Part shown: piece after piece, positions 9,306 through 17,854 of the stretch | Layout: every line of letters starts with the position of its first letter | Position numbering within the stretch: the first letter of the stretch is position 1 | Source of the DNA: Candidatus Omnitrophota bacterium | Lineage (GTDB): Bacteria > Omnitrophota > Gorgyraeia > Aquiviventales > Aquiviventaceae | Direction: 5' to 3' | DNA: 63,958 nucleotides | Assembly: GCA_016209275.1 (NCBI GenBank) | Contig: JACQWM010000015.1 | Span: forward strand, 1-63,958 | Position numbers and translations under genes: made by a program | The notes under the pieces: model-generated | Seen by the model: only the letters and a program-made list of their open reading frames with translations | Databases searched by the model: none | What the model was told of the DNA's origin: nothing

Positions 9306-10829
9306 CTATTGATTGCCGACGTTCACCTTGATCTGCTCAAAGTGCAGGCTCGGGTCCGAAAGTACGAGGATCTTGGCTCGGCTCGTGTTCTCAAGCGCGG
9401 TCAGGCTGGGCCGATCCTCCTGCAGCAAGCGGACAGCCACCTGCGGATGGACCAGCAGCTCGACCGTCTTGTGGTGCCCTGCTTTCAGCACCCGCTTCGC
9501 CTCCCGGATCGCCTCGATGGCCATCGTGACCGCCGACTTGATGCTGCCCTTGCCGTTGCAGTAGGGGCAGGACTGATGGCTGACGGTTTCGAAGGAGCGC
9601 CGCATCCGCTGGCGGGTCAGCTCGGCCACGCAAATCTCGGAGAACGACACCAGGTTCGTCTTGGCCCGGTCGCGCTCCAGCGCATCCTCCAGCGTCTTCA
9701 CCAGCTCCCGGCGGTGGGCGGCGATGTCCAAATCGATGAAATCGATCACCACGATGCCGCCGATATCGCGCAGCCTCAGTTGCCGGGCGACCTCGATCGC
9801 CGCCTCTTTATCCACATGGAACGCCGTCTCCTCCAGGCCTCGCCGGCCGGTGAACTTCGCGGTGTTGACGTCGATCGCGACCATGCTCTCGGTCGGCTCA
9901 ATCACGATCGATCCGCCGGAGGGCAATTGCACCCGCTTATCAAACAGCGAGGCGATTTGATCCTCCAGCCCCTCTTTCTCAAACAGCGGCTGATCGCCCT
10001 GATACCAATCGACCCGCACCCGGACCCCGGGAATCAGCACTTGCAGGAAATGGCGCAGCTCGTGGAACGGCTTTTTCGAGTCGACGACAATGCGGTGGGT
10101 ATCCTCGGTGAAGCTATCCCGGATGACGCGCTGGGCCAGCTCGTATTCCTGGTACACGCAGGCCGGGGCCTTGGCCCTCGCCGAGCGGCGCTTCGTCTCT
10201 TGGTAGATCCGCGAGAGGTACCGCACGTCCCGCGCAAACTCTTTTTCCCCTTTGCCGATGCCGGCGGTGCGGATGATCAGCCCGGCCTCCTGGGAGAACC
10301 GCAGTTTCGAGAGGATCTCGCGCAAGCGGCCGCGCTCCTTGCCGTCCTCGATCCGCTTGGACACCCCGAGCCTTGAGTCGTTGCACATCAGCACCATGTA
10401 GCGGCCGGGCAAGCTGATGTGGGTGGTGAGGCGCGCTCCCTTGGTGCCGAAGGGCTCTTTCACGTCTTGGACCAGGATTTCCTGCCCGACCTTGGCGTCG
10501 TCCTCGATTCTGGAGCGCCGTTGGCCGCCGTGGTGCTGCGGCCGCGCTTTCTGGGCCGGAGCCTCGCCTTCAAGGATCGCGTCTTCTTCCGGCTTGGGCT
10601 CGACGATATCCGCGACGTACAAAAATCCATTTTTCCCCAGCCCGATGTCGACGAACGCCGCCCCGATGCCGGGCACCACCGACGTGATCCGGCCCTTATA
10701 GATGCTGTTCACCATGCGGGTATCCGAGGCGCGCTCGACGTAATACTCCTCGAGCCGTTTCTCCTCGGTGACCGCCACGCGGGTTTCCTGGGCGTCCGCG
10801 CTGATGAAGATTTCTTTGAGCTTAGGCAT
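9306..10829 (-). CDS. rng: Ribonuclease G/E family endoribonuclease
   Basis: 507 aa. S1-like N-terminus (..IYKGRITSVVPGIGAAFVDIGL..), catalytic core ..VVIDFIDL.., Zn-link CPYCNGKG. Confidence 0.88.
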   Translation of the reverse strand: MPKLKEIFISADAQETRVAVTEEKRLEEYYVERASDTRMVNSIYKGRITSVVPGIGAAFVDIGLGKNGFLYVADIVEPKPEEDAILEGEAPAQKARPQHHGGQRRSRIEDDAKVGQEILVQDVKEPFGTKGARLTTHISLPGRYMVLMCNDSRLGVSKRIEDGKERGRLREILSKLRFSQEAGLIIRTAGIGKGEKEFARDVRYLSRIYQETKRRSARAKAPACVYQEYELAQRVIRDSFTEDTHRIVVDSKKPFHELRHFLQVLIPGVRVRVDWYQGDQPLFEKEGLEDQIASLFDKRVQLPSGGSIVIEPTESMVAIDVNTAKFTGRRGLEETAFHVDKEAAIEVARQLRLRDIGGIVVIDFIDLDIAAHRRELVKTLEDALERDRAKTNLVSFSEICVAELTRQRMRRSFETVSHQSCPYCNGKGSIKSAVTMAIEAIREAKRVLKAGHHKTVELLVHPQVAVRLLQEDRPSLTALENTSRAKILVLSDPSLHFEQIKVNVGNQ

Positions 10830-10840
10830 GGGACGTTTTA

Positions 10841-11602
10841 TTATATCAGAAGAACCGCCAGCACGCTGATCGCCGCCGTCTCAGAGCGCAAGACCGCGCG
10901 GCCCAACGAAACCGCCACAGCCCCTGCGGCCGAGGCGTGGCGGACTTCCTGCGGCGTAAAATCGCCTTCCGGCCCGATGCAAACGAGCATTGACGATAAA
11001 GCCAGAGTCGGCTGGGGGCTAGGAGCTGGGGGCTGGGGGTTCAGGGAGGATAGCACCTCGCGCAAGGGGATGGTGCCAGGACCGAGGGTGGGCAACAGCA
11101 CGCGGGAAAATTCATGAAAGCGCTGTGTAAGTTCGGCGAAGCGCTGCGGCGACTCGATGATCGGCAGCACCGCCTGGCCGCATTGCTGGGCGGCCTCCCG
11201 GCTGATCGCTTGCCACCGGCCAACCTTGCGCTGCCCCTGTTCCTTGGTCAAGCGGATGATCGTCCGCTCTGTCACCAGCGGGATGATCTGTGCTGCCCCA
11301 AGCTCGGTCGCCTTCTGGATGGCCCAATCAAACCGATCCGCAGGCAGCAGGGCCATGGCCAGCGCGATCCGACGCTGCTGTGCCGGGACTTGCCGATGCC
11401 TACGCACCGCCACGCGCACCTGGCCTGACGCGCACTGGTCGATCACGCCGTCATAAATCGCGCCAGAGCCGTCGAAACATTCAAGGCCGTCCCCGGCTCG
11501 CAGCCGCAGCACGCGCACCAGATGATGCACGTCCTTCGGGTTAGCGATGGTGATGGTCGAGCCCTTGATGTCTTCAGGCGGGACAAAGACGCGGTGCATC
11601 AT
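10841..11602 (-). CDS. rsmE: 16S rRNA (uracil1498-N3)-methyltransferase RsmE
   Basis: MMHRVFVPPEDI..HHLVRVLRLRAGD.., C-terminal ..CIGPEGDFTPQE... Carries an in-frame heptamer array (see 11011-11045). Confidence 0.88.
   Translation of the reverse strand: MMHRVFVPPEDIKGSTITIANPKDVHHLVRVLRLRAGDGLECFDGSGAIYDGVIDQCASGQVRVAVRRHRQVPAQQRRIALAMALLPADRFDWAIQKATELGAAQIIPLVTERTIIRLTKEQGQRKVGRWQAISREAAQQCGQAVLPIIESPQRFAELTQRFHEFSRVLLPTLGPGTIPLREVLSSLNPQPPAPSPQPTLALSSMLVCIGPEGDFTPQEVRHASAAGAVAVSLGRAVLRSETAAISVLAVLLI
11011..11045. repeat. Tandem heptamers GCTGGGG/GCTAGGA/GCTGGGG/GCTGGGG/GTTCAGG inside the rsmE coding sequence
   Basis: Read directly. The minus strand is (CCCCAGC)n and encodes ..NPQPPAPSPQP.. 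just before the conserved GPEG motif. Confidence 0.85.
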
Positions 11603-11654
11603 TGTCGTGGTTCCCTCGGACAGCCTTATTGATCCCGGCTGTCCTCGGGATCAG

Positions 11655-11681
11655 ATTCCCGTCCCTTTCCGGGACGGGAAT
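11655..11681 (-). other. Strong stem-loop 4 nt downstream of tRNA-Ala (processing or termination hairpin)
   Basis: ATTCCCGTCCC-tttcc-GGGACGGGAAT (11-bp stem). A second hairpin GACAGCC..GGCTGTC lies at about 11619-11643. No U-tract. Confidence 0.4.
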
Positions 11682-11684
11682 CCG

Positions 11685-11757
11685 TGGAGCTGGCGGGAGT
11701 TGAACCCGCGACCTCTTGGGTGCGATCCAAGCGCTCTCCCAACTGAGCTACAGCCCC
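11685..11757 (-). tRNA. tRNA-Ala (anticodon CGC)
   Basis: Reverse complement GGGGCTGTAGCTCAGTTGGGAGAGCGCTTGGATCGCACCCAAGAGGTCGCGGGTTCAACTCCCGCCAGCTCCA. G3:U70 identity pair, anticodon loop AUCGCAC, T-loop GGTTCAA. CCA is not encoded. Confidence 0.93.
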
Positions 11758-11770
11758 TCGTCGAGCGTGT

Positions 11771-11798
11771 GACGTTTAACGTGAAACGTGTAACGTGG
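11771..11798. repeat. Four phased heptamers GACGTTT/AACGTGA/AACGTGT/AACGTGG upstream of tRNA-Ala
   Basis: Read directly. The same GAAACGT-type 7-mer alphabet occurs in the asd insert (47930-47998) and in hairpin 2 of the pilus leader. Confidence 0.7.
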
Positions 11799-11816
11799 AA
11801 GGGTAGACGTCGCGGC

Positions 11817-12035
11817 CTAAGACACAGAAACGGCCATATACGCGGAATGCGCCTGTGGGTGCGGAATCGGCGAGCGGTCCTCTTGAAGTCCCAGCACATG
11901 AAATTCGATAGCTTCACGAATACTGCGCTCGACCGCCTTCATGGTCTTGCCGGTTGCCACACAACCAGGCAAATCTGGGACATAGGCAGAGTAGTTCCTC
12001 TTGGCTTTCTCAATGACAACAAGAAATCTGTACAT
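11817..12035 (-). CDS. hicB: HicB-family antitoxin
   Basis: MYRFLVVIEKAKRNYSAYVPDLPGCVATGKTMKAVERSIREAIEFHV.. (UPF0150/HicB fold signature); directly downstream of hicA. Confidence 0.85.
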   Translation of the reverse strand: MYRFLVVIEKAKRNYSAYVPDLPGCVATGKTMKAVERSIREAIEFHVLGLQEDRSPIPHPQAHSAYMAVSVS

Positions 12036-12044
12036 TGGCGTTCC

Positions 12045-12239
12045 TCATCCAGGCTTTCTTACTTGAGCCTGCTTGAAAACGCTATTCAACGTGCCAGGCG
12101 CTAATTTGTCACTCGGGTGCCCCGCAACCGTCACACGGCCCGGCTTGCGCAGGTGTTTGTATTGTCTGTGACTGCCCTTTGTCGCAACCAGGTACCAACC
12201 ATCTTCCTCGATTAATTTAATAATATCACGAATTTTCAC
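12045..12239 (-). CDS. hicA: HicA-family mRNA interferase toxin
   Basis: MKIRDIIKLIEEDGWYLVATKGSHRQYKH..GRVTVAGHPSDKLAPGTLNSVFKQA; GTG start. Confidence 0.88.
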   Translation of the reverse strand: MKIRDIIKLIEEDGWYLVATKGSHRQYKHLRKPGRVTVAGHPSDKLAPGTLNSVFKQAQVRKPG

Positions 12240-12341
12240 AATTTACCAACCTTACGCATTAACCATCACGGCGCCATGACAGCACAAATCCACTGTGACG
12301 GCACCGTGTATGATACCACAAACCGATTATGCCGTTCTAAC

Positions 12342-12569
12342 TCACGATCTGAGTGATGGCAATAGCAGCGCGAGCTTAAAGAATGCATAGCCGGCTGCAA
12401 ACGCCAGCACCCCCATCACATACCGGTGCTTGATGAGCCACTTATCCAGCACCGTAACGGTTCGATTCATCCGAGTGCTCACCTTCAGGAGCGCGCTAGG
12501 CTGTAAAAATAGCAGACTGCCCATCATCAGCCCTAGTAAGGCAAGCAGCAAACAACCTGTATCAGGCAT
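12342..12569 (-). CDS. Small hypothetical membrane protein (2 predicted TM), last gene of the pilus operon
   Basis: Track ORF 12342-12623 trimmed to MPDTGCLLLALLGLMMGSLLF.. because the longer form overlaps the pilin gene. No recognisable family. Confidence 0.5.
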   Translation of the reverse strand: MPDTGCLLLALLGLMMGSLLFLQPSALLKVSTRMNRTVTVLDKWLIKHRYVMGVLAFAAGYAFFKLALLLPSLRS

Positions 12570-12586
12570 TGCGCTTCCCTCCACGT

Positions 12587-13015
12587 TTACGGGCCTGGTG
12601 CTGGTGCTGGCGCGCCTGCGCACGCGGTCCCTCCATAGGTGGCCGGATCATCCGTACACACATCACCGGTCGAAAATGTAATCTTTATGATCTTATCTTT
12701 ACTATCGCCCCCGTTTCTTTTAGCGGTGGCTGTTCCGCCGGCCGCATCGACAGTAAAGTCCCACGACTTGCCCGCGGCGGCAAGGTCGATATCAAGGTCA
12801 GCAAATGCCGCGTACGCACCAGTGTTCGAGAGCGCTTTCGCGCGAATTTCCGAGCTTCGGACTGCAGCCAGCGCGCTTAACGCTTCCGCCGCGCGAGCGC
12901 GCTCGCTGGTTCGCAAATATTGCGGCAGCGCAATGGCCGCAAGAATCGCAAGAATGATGACCACCATCATCAGTTCCAACAGCGTAAACCCTCCCCTACT
13001 CCTGGCTCGTCTCAT
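12587..13015 (-). CDS. Type IV (pseudo)pilin, probable major subunit
   Basis: Prepilin leader MRRARSRGG|FTLLELMMVVIILAILAAIALPQY. C-terminal Cys pair (..DVCTDDPATYGGTAC..). AAGGAGGAG Shine-Dalgarno. Confidence 0.88.
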   Translation of the reverse strand: MRRARSRGGFTLLELMMVVIILAILAAIALPQYLRTSERARAAEALSALAAVRSSEIRAKALSNTGAYAAFADLDIDLAAAGKSWDFTVDAAGGTATAKRNGGDSKDKIIKITFSTGDVCTDDPATYGGTACAGAPAPAPGP

Positions 13016-13035
13016 GCTCTCCTCCTTTTTCTTGG

Positions 13036-14277
13036 TTACGCCCGCAATCCTGTCCCCGTCGTCATCTGAAAGATCGGTAGGAAGATGGATAATACCACAA
13101 ACAGCACGATGCCGGCCATGATGATGATCGCCACCGGCTCAAACAGCCGCGTCATGCGCGCGATGAACGTGTCGGCCCGCTCTTCGTAATATTTCGCCAG
13201 GCGGGAGGCCATCTTGGCCAGCTCGCCGATTTCCTCCCCCACCTGGATCATCTGCACGACGATCGCCGGAAACATGCCGGTCGCCTCCATCGGCCCGGCC
13301 ATGGGTTTGCCTTCCCGCACCTGCTGCTGCACCGAACTGATCGCTTGGGCATAGAGCTTGTTGCTCGCACTGCTCGATAAGATTTCCAGCGTCGTCAGCA
13401 TGGGCACGCCGCTTTCCAGCATGGTCGCCAGCCCGCGGGAAAACTCCGCCAGCTGGATGTACGTCAGCAGCGTCTCCACCACCGGCAGCCGAAGCACCAA
13501 CCGATCCCTGGTCCATTGGCCGGCTTCAGTCCTGAGATACCGCTTCACCAGGAAAAATCCTCCGATTCCCGCGGCGACAAACAGGAAGAAATACTGCCGG
13601 GCCGCGTGGCAGAACCCCACCACCATCCGGGTCAGCAGCGGCAGCTCCATGCTGCCCATGTACGACTCAAAGATCTTGGCGAACTTCGGGATGAGCCAGT
13701 ACACGAAGACCGCCATGACCACCGCCGCGACCACGGCCAGAAACATCGGATAGGTGGCGGCGGTCTGCGCTTCGTTTTGCAGATGCCGCACGCGCTCTAA
13801 GTGATCCGCCAGGTGCCTGAAGGTCTCGGCCAGCCGGCCGCTGGCTTCGCCGGTTTCCACCATGTTGAGCCAAATCTTGGAAAAGATGGCCGGGTGCTTG
13901 CCCATCGCCGCGCGCAGCGAGCTGCCCGCCCCCACGTCGCGGTGCACCTGCTCAAGGGCCGCGAGCATCGAGCGGCTTTCCACCTGGGCCGAGACGACCT
14001 CAAGGCTCCGTAAGAGCGGAACACCGGCTTCAATCAGCGTGCCCAGCTCCTCGCACATCAGCACCTGGTCATCGATCGTGACCCGCTGGTGCATGCGCAG
14101 CATGCTGCGCCTGGCCACCGGCCGAGGGGCTGCGGCCAAATCCCTCTTGGCTACAGACGTCACGAGCAGCCCGCGGCCCTGCAGCACTGTGATCACTTCA
14201 TCTTCGCTGGCCGCATCGAGCTGCCCGGCTTGGGCGGCCCCTAACTGGTCGCGTGCAACGTAAGAGAATGTTGGCAT
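13036..14277 (-). CDS. pilC: Type IV pilus platform protein PilC / GspF family
   Basis: 413 aa; two T2SS-F repeats (..LIEAGVPLLRSLEV.. and ..MLESGVPMLTTLEI..). Confidence 0.9.
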   Translation of the reverse strand: MPTFSYVARDQLGAAQAGQLDAASEDEVITVLQGRGLLVTSVAKRDLAAAPRPVARRSMLRMHQRVTIDDQVLMCEELGTLIEAGVPLLRSLEVVSAQVESRSMLAALEQVHRDVGAGSSLRAAMGKHPAIFSKIWLNMVETGEASGRLAETFRHLADHLERVRHLQNEAQTAATYPMFLAVVAAVVMAVFVYWLIPKFAKIFESYMGSMELPLLTRMVVGFCHAARQYFFLFVAAGIGGFFLVKRYLRTEAGQWTRDRLVLRLPVVETLLTYIQLAEFSRGLATMLESGVPMLTTLEILSSSASNKLYAQAISSVQQQVREGKPMAGPMEATGMFPAIVVQMIQVGEEIGELAKMASRLAKYYEERADTFIARMTRLFEPVAIIIMAGIVLFVVLSIFLPIFQMTTGTGLRA

Positions 14278-14285
14278 TGTACTGT

Positions 14286-14372
14286 GATTACGGTGATTTC
14301 AAATTCTGATTACAATGATCAGACGTCCACGATGCGTTATCACTGTAATCGCTTTGTAAAATCACTGTAATC
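14286..14372. repeat. Four copies of the 12-mer GATTACNNTGAT: two direct and two inverted, 22 nt between copies within each pair
   Basis: GATTACGGTGAT 14286-14297, GATTACAATGAT 14308-14319, ATCACTGTAATC 14339-14350 and 14361-14372. Fills the pilB-pilC gap. Confidence 0.85.
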
Positions 14373-14381
14373 ATCGTCGAA

Positions 14382-16085
14382 TTATCTGTCGAGTAACACC
14401 ACGTTGCCAAGCTCCTCAAGGCTGGTCAGGCCGGCGCGCACTTTCTTCAGCCCCTCCTGCCACAGGGTGCTGAAGCCGTTCTTCAGTGCCGCATCCTTCA
14501 GCATCGGAGCCGCAGCCCCCCGCGCGATCAAATCCCGGATCTCCCGGGTGAGGACGAGCACTTCATACACGCCCAGGCGGCCTTGATAGCCGGTATTAGC
14601 GCACTCCTCGCACCCTTTCGGGCGGTAGAGCAGCTCTTCGGTGATACCGTACTGCGCGCGAAGCTCCGGCAGCGGCTCATACGCCTCTTTGCACCGCTCG
14701 CACAGCTGCCGCAGCAGCCGCTGGGCGATGACCAGGCTTAACGTGGAGGCGAGCAAAAATGGGGCGAGCCCGATGTCGATCAGCCGGGTAATGGCGCTTG
14801 GCGCGTCATTCGTGTGCAGTGTTGAGAGGACCAGATGTCCTGTGAGCGCCGAGCGCAGGCAAATCTCGGCGGTTTCCTGGTCGCGGATTTCTCCCACCAT
14901 GATGATGTCCGGATCCTGCCGCATGAACGCCCGCAGCCCGCTCGCAAAGGTTAACCCGATGGCCGGCTTGATCTGCACCTGATTCACACCCTCCAGCCGG
15001 TACTCCACCGGGTCCTCGATCGTGATGATGTTCTTGGTCGGCGAGCTGATTTCGATGAGCGACGCATACAGGGTGGTCGACTTGCCTGAGCCGGTCGGCC
15101 CGGTGAGCAGGATCAGCCCGTACGGATCGCGGATCGTTTTGCGGAAGACCTCCAGGCTCTGCGGCGAAAAACCGAGCCGCCCGAGGTCTAAGAGCGACTC
15201 TGGCTTATCCAAAATCCGGATGACGAGCTTCTCGCCGTAGATCGAGGGGATGGTCGAGACGCGGAAGTCCACCTGCCGGCCCTCCATCATCATCATAAAG
15301 CCGCCGTCCTGGGGCAGCCGCTTTTCGGCGATGTCCAGCTTGCAGAGGATTTTGATGCGCGAGACGATCGGCGGGTGGAATTGCTTGGCCGGCGGCGAAA
15401 TTTCCTGCAGCACGCCGTCGATGCGGTAGCGCAAGCTCACGCGGTCCTTGAACGGCTCGATGTGGATGTCGCTGGCGCGCTCTTTGATGGCTTGGCGGAT
15501 GATCAGATCCACCAAGCGGACCACCGGGGCTTCCTCGGCGGCTTGCTTGATCCGATCCAAATCCAGCACCTCGCCGCCTTCGAGCGTGTCGGCCTCGGCA
15601 CCCTCGTAAGACCGGCCGATGGCCTCGGAGAGCATGGAGCTATCGGTGTAAAATTTGTTGATCGCCTCTTCAAGATCCGATTTCGTGGTCACCACCGGGT
15701 TAATCTCGCAGCGCGTCATCCGCGTGAGGTTATCCATCGTGATCAAATCCAGCGGATTGACGCACGCGACCGTGACCGAGCTGAGCGTCCTGGAAAGCGG
15801 GAGTACGAGGTACTGGCGGGCGAAGCTGGCCGGTACGAGCTGCGCTAACTCGTCCTCTTTCCGCGGTGTCAGCAGGCCGGAGGCGCTGGTGGCAAACGGA
15901 ATGCCGAGCTGCTTGCTCAGGGTGAGGGCCAGATCCAGCTCGCTGATTAAGCCCAGCTCAATGAGCACTTCGCCCAGTCGCTTCGTCGTGCCTTTTTGCA
16001 CCTCCAGCGCCTTCGAGAGCTGCTGCTCGGTGATCAGGCCGTTTTGGATCAAGATTTCGCCGACCTTTTCTGTCGTTTTGAGCAT
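14382..16085 (-). CDS. pilB: Type IV pilus assembly ATPase PilB / GspE family
   Basis: MLKTTEKVGEILIQNGLITEQQL.. (T2SSE N-domain); Walker A GPTGSGKSTTLY; C-terminal CxxC..C Zn site. Start moved to ATG 16085; the GTG at 16106 lies inside the palindrome. Confidence 0.9.
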   Translation of the reverse strand: MLKTTEKVGEILIQNGLITEQQLSKALEVQKGTTKRLGEVLIELGLISELDLALTLSKQLGIPFATSASGLLTPRKEDELAQLVPASFARQYLVLPLSRTLSSVTVACVNPLDLITMDNLTRMTRCEINPVVTTKSDLEEAINKFYTDSSMLSEAIGRSYEGAEADTLEGGEVLDLDRIKQAAEEAPVVRLVDLIIRQAIKERASDIHIEPFKDRVSLRYRIDGVLQEISPPAKQFHPPIVSRIKILCKLDIAEKRLPQDGGFMMMMEGRQVDFRVSTIPSIYGEKLVIRILDKPESLLDLGRLGFSPQSLEVFRKTIRDPYGLILLTGPTGSGKSTTLYASLIEISSPTKNIITIEDPVEYRLEGVNQVQIKPAIGLTFASGLRAFMRQDPDIIMVGEIRDQETAEICLRSALTGHLVLSTLHTNDAPSAITRLIDIGLAPFLLASTLSLVIAQRLLRQLCERCKEAYEPLPELRAQYGITEELLYRPKGCEECANTGYQGRLGVYEVLVLTREIRDLIARGAAAPMLKDAALKNGFSTLWQEGLKKVRAGLTSLEELGNVVLLDR

Positions 16086-16100
16086 GATGTCTCTACTTCC

Positions 16101-16146
16101 GCACACTAGAGGTAGCGCAGGTTTAAACCTGCGCTACCTTGTGTGC
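16101..16146. repeat. Palindrome between pilQ and pilB (perfect 28-nt core 16111-16138)
   Basis: GGTAGCGCAGGTTTAAACCTGCGCTACC, with outer arms GCACAC/GTGTGC. GTAGCGC also recurs just outside the right arm. Confidence 0.9.
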
Positions 16147-16147
16147 G

Positions 16148-17854
16148 CTACTTTTTACTCTGTTCTTGCTCGAGGGCGTTGAGGGTTTGCTCAATCGCCT
16201 GCTGCTGGCTGCCCCCACCTGGCTCCTGCTCCCGCAGCATCGGCGTCACGCCGCTCGCCACCGCTTTTGGCAGCCGATCATGGAGAATGCGTGGTGTCAC
16301 AAACACGATCAGCTCGCTATTGGTGCGCGTGGTTTCCTTGTTCTTAAACGCTTCGCCGACGATCGGGATCCCGGAGAGCACCGGGACTTTCCTCACCGTC
16401 TGCTCATCGCTGTTGTCGATCAGCCCGCCAAGGACCAAGGTTTCGCCTGCCCGGATCCGCACCATGGCCCTGGCACTGCGCGTCTTCGGATCGAGCACGC
16501 TATTGCCGAGCCCACTCGGCGGTGTGAGGTTCGAGGTCACGGTCTTCGTCACCGAGGGCTCCACCAGCATGGTAATACCCCCCCCTTCATTGACTTGAGG
16601 GGTGACCACTAAAATGACACCGGTGATCGTCCGTTCAGGCGTTGCCGTCACCGAGGCGGTCCCGCCACCAGTGCTCGTGGTTTGCGTCTGGAACCCGATG
16701 ACCTGATTGGCGCTGAGCCGGATCACCGCGGCTTCATTGTCCAACGTCAGCACCTTCGGCCGGGCCAAAATTTTTGTGTCGGTGTCTGTCTCCAGCGCCT
16801 GCAACGTGGCGACGGCGCTGCTGGCGTCAAGCGTGCTCAGGCCGAAATGCGTTGGGGTTGTTGACGGCTGGATCTTCTGTCCGAACACATTGAAGGGAAA
16901 CCGCGTGGTGCGCGATCCCGGGGTGAAGGTGGCGAATGTCCCTTCGGAGCCAGTACCCCATTCAAGACCGAGGTCTTTGACTTTGCCCAGGGTGGTTTCA
17001 AGCACTTCGGCCTCGATCAGGACTTGGGCGGTTCGGATATCCAGCGCTTTGAGCACCGCTTCAATCCGCGGAAAGTTCTCCGGGATATCAGTCACGATCA
17101 AGCTGTTGGTCCGCTCATCCACGACGACCGTCCCGTCTTCGGTCAATAACTTCGCCACCACTTTATCCACACCGATCTCCTTCGCCCCTCCGCTCGTACC
17201 TGTTCCCCCGGCCGTGGAGCCGCCAGCGCCGCTCGAACCGCTTGTGCCGCCGGACCCTGAGGAACCTCCCCCGCCGCTTCCAATCGAGGCGTTGATCGCG
17301 GCGTTGGTCGCTTGCGCCGCCTCAAACGGGGTTTGCGAACCGAGGGCCTCCGCCGCGCGGGCCAGCCGCGAGGTGGACACTCGCGCGTATTTCAGCCGAT
17401 ACACGCGGGTGATCGTCTGCACCAGGCTCTCGGTGGATTTCTTGCCCGGCTCCTTCGGCCTAACCACGTAGATTTGGCTGCCCACCGGCCGCTCATACCG
17501 CAAATCCGCCGCCTCAAGAATCCGATCCAGCGCATCGAGCACGGTGACATCTTCCAGATACAGCGTGATCGGCTTATCACCCACCTTCTCGCTGGCGATG
17601 ACGTTGAGCCCGGTCTGCTGGGAGAAGGTCTTCAGCACGTTCTTCAGCTCGGCGTCTTTGAAATCCATCGAGATGCGCGTGGGCTCTGCCTCCGCGGCTG
17701 CATCAGGCGCGCCGCGAGAGGGGGCCTGCAGGGCCGGCTCCGGAACGGATGCGGCTGAGCCTGAGCCGCGATCGCCCTCCAAGGCTTGCGCCGACGCTCC
17801 GCACAGCGACAGGAGCGCCACCCACAACACCACGTGCCCGCATCTCGCGTTCAT
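16148..17854 (-). CDS. pilQ: Secretin PilQ / GspD family
   Basis: 568 aa. Signal peptide; N-domain ..ISMDFKDAELKNVLKTFSQQTGLNVI..; Gly/Ser-rich linker; secretin C-domain ..LVLGGLIDNSDEQTVRKVPVLSGIPIVGEAFK.. Confidence 0.9.
   Translation of the reverse strand: MNARCGHVVLWVALLSLCGASAQALEGDRGSGSAASVPEPALQAPSRGAPDAAAEAEPTRISMDFKDAELKNVLKTFSQQTGLNVIASEKVGDKPITLYLEDVTVLDALDRILEAADLRYERPVGSQIYVVRPKEPGKKSTESLVQTITRVYRLKYARVSTSRLARAAEALGSQTPFEAAQATNAAINASIGSGGGGSSGSGGTSGSSGAGGSTAGGTGTSGGAKEIGVDKVVAKLLTEDGTVVVDERTNSLIVTDIPENFPRIEAVLKALDIRTAQVLIEAEVLETTLGKVKDLGLEWGTGSEGTFATFTPGSRTTRFPFNVFGQKIQPSTTPTHFGLSTLDASSAVATLQALETDTDTKILARPKVLTLDNEAAVIRLSANQVIGFQTQTTSTGGGTASVTATPERTITGVILVVTPQVNEGGGITMLVEPSVTKTVTSNLTPPSGLGNSVLDPKTRSARAMVRIRAGETLVLGGLIDNSDEQTVRKVPVLSGIPIVGEAFKNKETTRTNSELIVFVTPRILHDRLPKAVASGVTPMLREQEPGGGSQQQAIEQTLNALEQEQSKK

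Noticed and set aside
11651-11917. 88-aa minus-strand ORF, and the 185-aa plus-strand ORF 11547-12104.
   Set aside because: They run across tRNA-Ala and its flanking hairpins and overlap hicB. The tRNA assignment is unambiguous.
11603-12341. A mobile genetic element or integrase at the tRNA-Ala / hicAB locus.
   Set aside because: No integrase, transposase, att-like duplication of the tRNA 3' end, or additional cargo genes were found. Only the two-gene TA module is present.
17170-17290. Low-complexity tracts in the secretin (Gly/Ser linker), the SecG tail (61284-61400), the L21 tail (8799-8950) and the S9 N-terminus (45160-45252) as further members of the heptamer-repeat class.
   Set aside because: I could not find a 7-nt period or inverted arms at nucleotide level. 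They look like ordinary compositionally biased linkers.
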